A DNA stretch of 64,000 bases from Ascidiella aspersa. Its lineage: Eukaryota. Positions within the stretch are counted from its first letter, which is position 1, and each line of letters starts with the position of its first letter. The stretch spans positions 7,750,001-7,814,000 of the forward strand of contig OZ004615.1 of assembly GCA_963924565.1 (NCBI GenBank). Direction: 5' to 3'. A model generated the notes under the pieces. That model ran no database searches. It was not told the origin of the DNA and saw only the letters and a list, made by a program, of their open reading frames with translations. Made by a program: the position numbers and the translations under genes. Below are positions 35,001 to 47,000 of this stretch, in pieces.

Positions 35001-38000
35001 GTAAAAAAAAATATATGTTAAATATGTTTCCAGTACACTGTTGCAAGCGCAGCGACATCTAACGTATGGTTATGTCATTGCCTGCCTTTTTTCTAGCAAA
35101 GTTATCAAGCTACTTTCCAAAACTACACTGACTAATGCTTGTAGCAAAGCCCACACAAAAACCCTTACTGTGTTCGCCGTCGCTTTCACCCGCTTCACAA
35201 ATGGTCGACTGTGACGATGGCTTTTCATGTTCGACGTAGGATAGACCGGCACCCGTATCGGTCGGATTGTGATCTTTGTCGGTCGGAAAACTGAAGTTAT
35301 TTTCGCCTTGCTGATGACGGGGTTGCGCGGGTGAGCTACCACGCGAATCTACAAAAGGCAAAAATGTTTGGCAACCAGCAGGGACATGCCCAGGGCCGGA
35401 TTAAGGGTACAGTCGGCCTGAGGCTGTTGACTAACTTTGCAAACCAAGCTACAAAAAGTAATAAAAACATATACATAAAAATTGAAATTATTTACTGCAA
35501 AATAACATGAACATAACTCAAAAGCATGTATTAATGCAAATAACCTTACAAGAGTTTAACCTTAAATTGAGGGCTCGAATTTTTCCAGGGCCTAAGGCTA
35601 TAATCTTAGTAGCCTAATGTTTAGTCCGGCACTGGACATGTCCTATATACGTGAAACTTATAAGCATTCTCTCAACCCATACCGAAGCCAAAATTGTGGC
35701 TATTATGCTATTTTATAGAAAAGGATATATCACGCCGAATTGAAACAAAAACCGTACTTAATTAGGCATGGTTTGCATTTGCCAAAGTATGGATTATAGT
35801 ATTTTGTTTGTTATTTCTACAGCAATATTTTACTACAAAATCACATTTATTTTATTGTTAACCATATTCAACATTACATGATATCTTTGATTTCTGTTCT
35901 GCATCTCTTTTGGCCACCAACGACGTTTTATTTATGAATAGCCTGACGTTATTATGAATGTCAAACCCCGTTTCGTAATGAGATCCGTTATAAGGTAATC
36001 CCGGCACGTAGCAAGTAAAGTCCACAACAATAGAGTCGCACCCACCTCGCAAAAATGTGCGCTTACTGAAAAACCCCTATACGCTTTTACAAATATTTCT
36101 TATAAAATCTGGAAGCACCGCATGGAACTGTGTTTAAACTGAAAACGTACATGGTCAGTGATCAATTTTGGGCAAGTTAATCAACAATACACTCTAAATA
36201 GTTTTAAACTTGACGTTATCCGTACAATTTGCGTAAAATCAAACATTCGCCCGTGTGCGCATTTAATTAAACTACAATACATCTCCAAACACCTTATTAT
36301 TTTCAACCGTTATTTTGGATGTACTGAGTACTTACTCGTTTTCGCTTCCCGTGGTAAAAAAGAGTGCTGCGAGTCGCTAAACTCGAGCAGAGTGCGAATC
36401 AACTCGTTCATGGCGCGCGAGTCCTGGCGGATCAGACACAGCGATTTCTTGTCTGCAATGTTTTAAAACCTGAGTATTTTGTTATGTTTTTTACGAGTAA
36501 TTTAATATGTTAAGTGAACTGAATCTTGCGACAAAATTTTAAGAGAAATGTTAACAAAGTGTGTTTCCGACTTATGATTTTCGACATTTTTTTAGGTTTC
36601 TTGACACCGACTTAAGATAGTCCATTTGTGTCAAAAAATTACCAAAACAAATTAAGTTATACAAAGAAATATATTTACTAACTATTTGGGAACAACGTTT
36701 CTGCCGGATTTTTGTAAAATCATATCTGTATAAGGGTCAAGATTAAATTAGGTATAAAAACTAAACCGAGTGTCTTGTGATAAAATACATAGCAAATGTC
36801 TAAGTTTGTTATTTTGTTTTAAAAAAAACTCGATATCTTTCGTGTCTATATTGACTCAGATGACAGAGACAAAGATGTCAAGTTTAGCCGCGGTTTTATT
36901 TTTCTGATTTAATAAATAAAAAAATTCGAGCAAGTTTTCCATAGGGTTTTTGCAAAACCAGGGCACAAACCTGCGCGTTGCAAAATCGTCTGTTGGCAGA
37001 TCCGCTTCAACGTCAAAAGCCCAGCACTCCCGACTTCATTTTCCACCATCTTGCTTACGTCATCGGCGGAAAGCGTTTCGCGACCGTCTTCGCTCTCCAA
37101 ATTCGGCTGCTCGCGAACCAAGACCGGGCTTTCGAGATCTTCGCAAATCCGACTGAATCCGCTCAACGCCTCTTCGGGGCATTCTGGTGTTTCCGTGAAA
37201 TTTTGCGGTTGCTCGCAAAGCGGCGCGTTTGGCTGGGCGGACGAGTTTGGGTATTTTGATTCGGAAACATTGCCCTGGCTGTTGATGCGAGTTGAGCTCT
37301 CGTCCTCGTTGGCCGATTCCCGTAGCGGAGGTTGGAGAGACAGAAGCTTGCTGAAATAAGAAGGGCTGTATTATAATATTGTATTGCTTCTTATGTTTTA
37401 TCCAACCGTGTTTGGGATATGTTATGACTGGGGCCCGCAAAAGTCAATAAAGTTAAAATTTTTTAAGGACCTCGTCTGTCCACGAATCAAAGAATAAAGT
37501 AGTTTTCAGCATCTAAGGGACTGTTTCTAAGAAGTTTATAGGTCAAAATGAAGTTAAAATTTACAAAAAAGTTAAAAATTTTTAATAAAGACAAAATTTG
37601 TCAAATTATGGCTTTGACAAAGTTTTTGTGTTTCTTGAGAGTAATTTCTGTAAAAATCGTCGTGGAAGCATTGTAAATCAGGAACTGCGACTCAATTAAC
37701 CATATTAACCCATAAAAGCAGGAAATATGTCACAATGCCCACTTGAATCAGCAGTAACTTTTATCGCAAATGTTCCGAGTCCGACTCCGGTCAAATGTAC
37801 GATTTCGTCTAGTCCCGAGTCCGGCCCTGACTCTACAGTCTGTATTGCGTCGATTTACGTAACTAAAAAATAACGACGATAATCAGCAATCCACTTATAG
37901 GGGTGTCGTATAGTTCACTCACAATACATGGTTGGAAATATTCCATTATATGCTATTCAATTTCTAGCGGCCATATCAGTTTTAAAATTTGGTACTGCGC

Positions 38001-41000
38001 GTGCGCATGTCGGACACGGGACTCGGTTAGTTTTACGTGGTCCTATTGGAGTCCCGAGTCCGACTTCAGCAAAACAAACCGACTCCTTGAGTACCGAATC
38101 CGGAGTCCAACTCCGCAGCCCTGGATAAAAGGCTAAATTATGTATACGGTCTGTATCAACTACAGCTACACCCTAGTAGCGGGAGGTTACCAATTGCGCA
38201 AGAGTATCCGATGTTACCGTATACCAGGGGTGTCCGCGGGTCACATGCGGCCCTTCGTCTTCCTCCAGCTATTTTTCCCTAAATAAGGCTGTGAGTGTGC
38301 ACTATGTTGGGACTTTTGCTTTATCAGTATCCTGTTTGAAGTACGGTGTAACCCATAGGCTACACCGCCACACTAATGAAGTTGAACTCAAATGGGAAGC
38401 ATCTATTACTAAACAATCTTCATTCATAAAGTTTTACCTGTGTCACGTTGTTATGATAAAGAATTGTTTTGCAACAATTACATCTCTAGTACCGGGTTTT
38501 CAACCCTTTTTTGCTCATGGCCCACTAAATCAGTAAACATTTGCGTTGGCCCATTATTGTTGTTTAATAGAAACATCAAGTTTTAACAACACAATAAAAA
38601 GGTTGTAGGCCTACATTATTTCAACTATGTTACGTCGCCGGATATTTAATGGCGTGGCTTTGGACCGCCGAGGCGAGTAGCTCAATATATAAAGCGTGCA
38701 GCAAATGTCATGGGCAACCAATAGAAAAAGAAGCAGTTTATAATGAAACGGCGCCGACAATTTTACGTATTACATTCCTTTATTTTCTGATTTTGCGGTT
38801 TTAGAGACTTTTTGAAAATTTCTGTAGCCAGTCAAAGTCCTAAAAATTGTACACCCTTGCAATAGCTGACGGAAAACAGAGGGATTTTAACAGCTTTTCG
38901 AAAATGAAACCGGACATTGGTGCTTTGTATTTTGTAGATTCACATATTTTTCGAAACAACTCGAGACTAAACTATCACAAAATGCCAATATTATATTTAC
39001 AATGACACGTTATGGGTTTCGAGCGAGAAAAGGTTTTTGGTGAGAAATACATTTTTCGCGTTAATTCGAATGATTAAAAATGACCCTGAAACACAAGTAA
39101 CACACCTACGGAAACGTCGCGGAACACCGGTTGCGGAGCAGTAGGCAAAATTACTGCTCACAAGCAAAACAATAAACGTATCAAAGAATAATACGTAAGC
39201 AAGGCGATTGTTACGTTTCGACAACCTTCCGGCATCCGTACCACACGTTGGGTGGCGAGAAATCTAACACATTGTAAAAAGAAATGATGTTACAAACATA
39301 ACATTAGATCGAGGTGTTTGTTATTTATTTGTCGGACTTTTATGTGCTTATACCTTGACATGACTTCTGATATCGCTGTAAGCCAAGCTCTGTGACCCAC
39401 TGAAAACACCGTCATGGCCAGAGACAGTCAGCGACAGCGACTTAAACACGGTGTGCAAACTAATATGAGCTTTATACAATTGATATCAAAATAATAGACA
39501 TATGTTGAATCTGTCTTTTTAAATGATTTGTCTGATCAACTTAGTCACAAGTCGTATAATGCACTAATGATCTGAAGTTGACATTACATAAGAACCTGCA
39601 ATTTTAATGTTAATCACTCAGCAAAAATGCAAGCAAGGGTGTCGCGAAATCTTCATAATTCTATACAATAGGGTGCCACGTGATTGGAATAACACAAAGT
39701 GTGTTACACGCCTAGAAAGTAGTTAAGAAAAAATATTCGTTTTAGCAAACCTTTATAATAATAAATGAAAATAAAGTTTTTTGTCCTTCGCGCCCCCTTG
39801 TGTACCCTTCAATCACCCCTATGCCCTCCTCGTAGTTTAAGAAACCCTATTCTACAGTGTGCGTTTCCCATTGGTAGTCATACAAAGATTGCATGTAACA
39901 GTTCAACCTTGGCGTCGATGTTTAGAATTAAACAAGTATTTTTTTTAAATTCCCAAGCCCATTGGAATACATGTGACGCATGACTTGGGGGGGTTGGGCC
40001 GGATGTCGCAAATCAAGCTCCCAGTGGGGATTAGCCGAGGCATTTAACATGCATTACTGTGACGTTGACGTAGTTCAAGGGGGGGTGAGGTGAGCCAGTT
40101 AAAATGTGACGTCACAACGATAAACACAAGATAATGAAACAACAAACTTTGAAAAAAAACAAGCTCCCCTGCAAAACAAATTAAAATGGTGCTTAATTAA
40201 ACCAGTCGTTGCCCTAAACGTGTGAAACATTTCGCGCAAGAAAAGGAACGCTTATTAAGTTGAATTTTTAGACGGATCTTTTTTCAAAAAAGTGACATAT
40301 TTTGGTAGAACAATCTAGTTGAGGAATAATATTTTGTCTACACCTGTATGGTAAAACAGAGAACACGTCTTCAATTGAAAAGCTTCAGTTTTACCCATCC
40401 TATTACCTACAAAGGTATGGTCATTTCGTGAAGATGAAAAAATCAATAATAAATTACATATCATAAGTAATATTTATTATTGAAAAAGCTTCTAACCAAA
40501 TTGCGTTTTCCTCGGAATTTCCATCCCGCTTCCAATCGTCGCTTTGTTGCTTGTCGAAGAAACTATCGAAATAATCGTTTTGCGACAAAGCGCGAACAAC
40601 GCGAACAATTCGACCACTTCCAACGCCACTTGACTGACTGCTAGACGAGTACGACCTGATCAAGACAAGCCGTTTAATAATTTTGTTAGTAATGCTTTTT
40701 CAGCTAAGCAAAAAGTCAAGAATGACTGATTTCCTGGACAAAGAAATATAAAAAAAAAAACAGAATAACAGGTGTTAAAATTACGTTTCGGTAAAAGGTT
40801 TTCAAAATTTTTAACAGAAACAGAATTACGACAAACAGTATGGTTTTTAAGATTAAAGCAAAATGAAAAAAAACGATTTGTAAGAGGTTTTTACTTGCGC
40901 TTTTACCTATTTATATGAGGGACTGGTTGCCTTGCCTTACTTGCATTAGCAGCAATTTACATCTTACTTTTACACTTTTTTTACGTTAAAGTGCATTTCA

Positions 41001-44000
41001 CTTAAGTGCAATTTATTGTATCTCATTTTGGGCTACCCAACGTTTGACCGTATCGATTTAATCAATTAACTTCGATTCTGATTTTACTAACGAAGAACGA
41101 TATTACCAGCAAAAAATGCTAAAACTAACTGATATACAGTAAGACCATACAAAGTTTTCACTTGGAAATTATATTTTACTTCGCAAATTTAAAGTAACCG
41201 CCAATAATTGAGGTTTGTAAAACCGCCAAAAATGAAATAGAAATTAGATGTTCTTTAAAATGTGACTTAATATGAAACTTAAACTTTATGTTGATCAATA
41301 AAACGGGGGTTAACCAAGAACTGAAGCTCGAGACTGTAGGTCTACGGTTAACTGAATTTCCATACACATTGCCAAGTTGCAAAATATATTCAGACATTTC
41401 TATGACACATTTGAAGTCAACCGCAATAAATTTCACTAAGAATGGCATCTTCAGTCTCGAATCGATTGTCATTATTTATTTGCAATGGTCAGGCAATATC
41501 TTTCCATAAAGGTTGCTATTGCTACACCTTATTATGTCCAAAATAACAACTGACTAAAGATAGCGGTCGGCATCACCATGCTGCTTACTTTTAGGCCTTA
41601 AACGGTAAACGACGAATATTAGCATACATTTTAGATTTATTTATTTTTTAATTATTAACAAATTTTTGAGAAGGTGCAAATTTCTTTAGACGACGACCGG
41701 CGTTCAATAGTTAGAAAATTGAATTTTAAGGTTGAGTTGGCACCCCAAGGCCAACCTATATTTAAATGTGCGACACAATACCAAAATAACCACGAACATT
41801 ATAACAAGTTACTTGGCCATTTGTCAAACAGGGTTGCCACACATTTTTAAGAAGTAAAATTCAAAGAAAAATTATTGGATTTCAAAGACCTTCAATTGGA
41901 TTACTCGACGTGTTTAAAAAGAATCGAAACGGTTTAAAAATCGGAACATAACAGTATAACCGCAATGGTGAACACGATACAAAATCCTTTGTTTTACTTT
42001 GGCAATCTGAAAACACATAACTTAAGCTGCATATGAAATAATTCAAGTATTATGTAAAACAATTTTGTAAAAATAGGTTTTTCAAAGACTTTTCAAAAAT
42101 CCATTCAAAGACAATGAACGACATTCCAAGATGTAACGCCCATGTGGCGACCCTGAATTAATTCGCCACAAGCCATTTTTAACAACCTTGCTTCCAGACC
42201 TATGTATGGACTCAAGACGCAGTTAATAAAAATTAAGTCACCTTGTCAGGGGCGGTTTGGGTGAAGTTTCGAGCCCGGTCAGTTTTCGCATCTTTTCGTC
42301 CAGACTCTCCGAACTCATTCTCGAGCTTTCTCCGGAAGAATGGGAGGATGACGTCATGGACATCCTGCTTTGAGCTCCTCCGGCGTCGGTTCGAAAAGAG
42401 GAAAGGGCGGCTCCGGATCTCACTGTGGGTATTTTTTTATTGTTAGAAGTAAATCCGATTTGTCATCCTGTTTTATTTGTTTGCTGTTCAAACAAATTAT
42501 AAACGCAAAAAATCTACAATTTGTAGAGCTACGTAAATATAGCATGATTTAAAATACAATAAGATAAGCAAGAAAACATTAATAATTTTTTTTTTTTATG
42601 CACATTTATAGTTTGGTGAGTCTACTTCTTTTATGTTTAGATTTTTTTAATTATTTTAAGTTATATATAGTTGTTTTAGATGTTAAAAGTACAATTCTGC
42701 ACGAAACAAATATCTATGCAGATATTATTGTTCTTTATTAATGTATTAAGCTTTTTTGTTTTTCAAATAAACCTTCCAGATTAAAAAAGTTCAAAAAATA
42801 ATTTTATAGAAACTACAATGAACACAAAAAGGCGACACAGCTTATTTCTTTCGGTTGACGGAAAACCTCGTTTACCTGGTGAAGTGCGCAGCGGCACAAG
42901 TGACAAGGGGTAGGGGATCGAACCCCGCCGATACTCGGAGTCCGAAGTTTCGCCCCGCTCGATCCAACGAACTCGTTCGTTAAGATCCTCGGCAGAAGAA
43001 TCGCTGATCGTAGAATCTAAAAAACTAATCTATTATCAATTTCCAGAAACACTGTCAAACAATTTGTGCGTGTATGTTTAAACTAGTTGTGCGACTGTGC
43101 GTGTTTTTCACAAAGAAGGCCTGGAAAAGCAAGTTTATTTAAAAAATAGAATACGAATGTACCATTTGAGCATTTTTCTAGATTAGATTGGATTCGACTT
43201 AAAGAATTCTTAAAATTAGAATGTACTTATAATTGGAACTACAGAATTAAGAATTGATAATCAAGTTAATAAAATCACAACTTATTCTAATAAGTTGGTA
43301 AACGAAAAATATTCTTGTGTTGAGATTATTTATGCTCATGGTCTATGCTTTTCGAACGGCAAAAATCTTCTTCATGGCGGTTGGACTAAGCATTATTTAA
43401 AAAATCGAAATTAGGCTAGAACTAGAATTAATGGACGGAAAAATTTACGTAATAAATAAGGATGAGAAATATACGCATTTTGCTCCAAATCGTTGAATTA
43501 GACAACGAGAGTTTTATCTATTAACGAGTCTGAGGTATTTCAGTTATCTGAAAGGATTCGTCTACAGTAAGAAACAACCTGTGGCTATAAGCAAAGCAAA
43601 TGGTCAGAATAGTATTTTTTGCGGCTTTAAAATATGTATTTTCACCTTCATCGTTTTCTTCGTCAAACACGCTTTCACTCATGGACATCGGTGACGTAGG
43701 CAGGTTACGCTCCAGTGAACACGATGACGTGTATTCCTCACTAACTTCATTGCGATCTTGGATGACGTAATCGGTAAGAGAGCTGAAGGAAAACAAATTA
43801 TACCTCTTTTACACTTTTCCATGAGACAAACTTGCGAATAAAATGTAGTACAGTTTATGTAAATATAATTTAACCATTATAATAATACTGTCGATATCAG
43901 TCAGTTCTTAAACGATTACTGTGCGACGTAAAACTATAGCTGCAGGAAACATTCGAACTTACGCCCTCTGCCATACTATAGCTTTACTAAAATAGATGTA

Positions 44001-47000
44001 TTGAACAGTAAAATAACAATCGAAGGAGGAATCATAATACCACCGCCAATTGCATGTTTGTATAGTGTATACGTACATTCGTACAACTTCACTATAATTG
44101 ATATCGGATTTCAGTATAATTGTAATACAGTTCAGTTCTAAAAATACTAATTTAATCATTAAACAATCCTCAAGCTTAAAATTACCCTTTCATGCTTAGT
44201 TTATTGAAGATTTGGTTTTATTTAGTGCTTTTAGTTTCATGTTTGGATTGCTTTGCGGTGCTTTTTGCCAAAAATATAAAAAAAATTACAAGACACTTGA
44301 TTTAAGAATTTCGTCAAATGAAGCTTTGGACACCCCTCATACACAATACCGTTAAACGGTTGTGGCTTTTACCTGGATTCGAGGTTGGGTTTGTCGTTTG
44401 ACGAACTGAACTGCCGGGAATCAGAGTCTTTCGAGTTCCTGCTTTCTACTGCAATGTGCAACACAATAACGTATGAACAAATTATCTATAATTTAGTGAT
44501 ATCGATTACAAACACTAAACACATGCACTCGTCGCCAGCGTCGGAAGAATAACGTCACAATGCATCGTGGCCGGGCCAAGAAATTGCTGTATAAACGTTG
44601 ATAGGACTAATTGTCAGCGATGTGGCAATTTTAGACAAAAAATGTTGGTTGTCAAATGTCATTGCAATAAATGGCTTTTTTCACCAATTTTTTATTTTTT
44701 TGAAAGTGGTACTTTAGATATTGCGCTGTCTAACATATAACAGTTTGCTAAAAACACATTTATTTCAGAGCGAAACGAAAGAAATTGGATATTGTCAATC
44801 AACCTGCTTTTCTTAAAAATCTTTCAATGGTAAATACGCGTTTGGTTATCATATTTTAGTTAAAATATAGTTGTTAACATTTCTAACTGGTAAAGCAATG
44901 GTCTATAATTTGCCTGAATGGTTTGTGAGTTATTTGAAACCCTTTTCATATAGTAGTTTAATATCTTTTTTTCAAATACTTGAAACAGTTTAAAACGGAA
45001 TTACAGTTCTTTTATTTTAATATAACTAATTTAATCGTTCTCCAAGTGGTGTGTCTTCAATTATTTATAACCGATACGGCGAACACAATTGGGCTGCAAC
45101 CAAAGCGATCTATCCTAGACATATGCGTTGCACATTTCTTCAGAGAAAATTCTTTCAGTAACGTCCACTATCATACAGCAAAAGAGTAGAAAGGTAAAAA
45201 CACCACCGTACCTGACATGGTTTCAGTGAAGCTGTTCTCCGGCATCGGGAAGCTCAATGTCACGGCATTGTCCGTTGAACCCTTCCGTGTGTTTTCCGAC
45301 CGTGAATCCCGCTTCGAATCAACGAGATCCACCACGCTGCAACTGGATTCACGCAGATCGTGTGACGTTTCGACGGGGGCGTGTCGTTGGTTGGGCCAGC
45401 CCCTTCTCTCCACTATTCTGAGCGTCTCTTGTCTGCGAATGCATCGATTGGTTTTTGTAAGGGTTATGTGAGGACAAATCGATCCACTGTGTACCCATAC
45501 CGTTTAGGTGCCGTGATATCAGGCAACTTATTGCAAGCTTTCTATACAAAAAACTCCTTTACATTGTATCGTCGACGTGTTATCCCTTTTTTAAACAACC
45601 ATTGCGAGAGAAGTATAGGTTTTGTCTATATTCTCGTTGCAGAAGGCAGTCGTTAAAGGTAATTAACAAATTGAATAGGCCAAATCGTAGCAATAAAACA
45701 ATTTATAAGAACGGTGAAACGTCTTTAAATGTGATTGACAGTAATGGAAGATTGTTTTTACAGCCGAAACTTAAACACGAGTAAGTGTTTCGTGAGTCAT
45801 CCAAAAAAGGTATATTTTTCGAACAAACATCTGTAAACCAAATACTCACATTCTCATTATGGTGGTTTCAACGCTGATCTGCCTTGTATCTGTATCGAAC
45901 ATAACAATGAAACTAATCCTTAGTGTATGGGGGAATGTAAAGAAAAAAAACTTCACCAAGCAACTTGGATGAAAAAATCACTGTGCTTTGTTCCGAACAA
46001 AGATAAGAAAACAAACATGTCCACAACGCTTGGTGCAGTTCAAAAAAAAAAATGGTTAGCAGCAGTTTAGTCTGTGGATATTGTATTTAAAAAGTTTTAA
46101 TTTATTTACAACCCTACAGTTATGATAAACGGGAAACAATCCGTTTTTAAAACCGCCATCGGAAAACCTTTGACAACCACTATTTTGCGTATATATAGGT
46201 GATATTAGCCATTTGTTTTTGTTAGTGCAATCGTTTGGTTTACGAACCTTGTTTCGGGTCGAAAAATACAGCACCACTTGAACAGGCCTCGCCTAAAACA
46301 TTCCAAATCTGGAAATAAAACGAAAAACAATATGAAAGCTTTGATTCTATATGGCACATTTTTATAGTAAAAATTGTTTTGCGACTGTAATATCTGCAAA
46401 GCCTATACTACAAAAATAAATACTGATTTACTAAGGCATTACCCATATATACTGTGTTACCATCTTGCGAGAAGGTTTTAACGGTTAAAGTACCTTGAAG
46501 TTTTGTGAGAAACTTCTTAAACACTTGATGCAGTCAAGCAAGTCACCAATGTGCCACCCAATGTTTGGAAGCCGTCGGAATCGACAGTGGGTTTTAATCA
46601 AATGAATTTAGCATATATAGACAAAACCCATTGGGACCAACATTAAACTGATGATATTTTAATTAAACAATTAACAGTTTGGGGTTATAAATAGACCAAC
46701 AGGTGGTCAAATATTGCCAGCATCTGTCACAGAATTATCTACATTTTCACTATTATAAAGCTATGAACTCATGAGCGCATATAATTGTTTAATACCCGGT
46801 AAACTTGTTCACTTTTATGTACGTGTAATTGTACTTATATAAGAGAAATTATACGCAATCCGTCAACAAAATCTTCGAATCGTACGTAAAGAAATAAAGT
46901 TTGGGAATCACTTTATTATGTTGGATGACAGATAATGATGTCGCGTCCCACATGGGAAAACAACACGAAAACAAATATTAAGCTATCGGCATTTACAGTT

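Noticed and set aside
46471-46525. Ig-strand-like peptide FLTKLQGTLTVK with a phase-1 donor
   Set aside because: There is no credible acceptor; exon 46248-46308 completes the Ig domain with proper sites.
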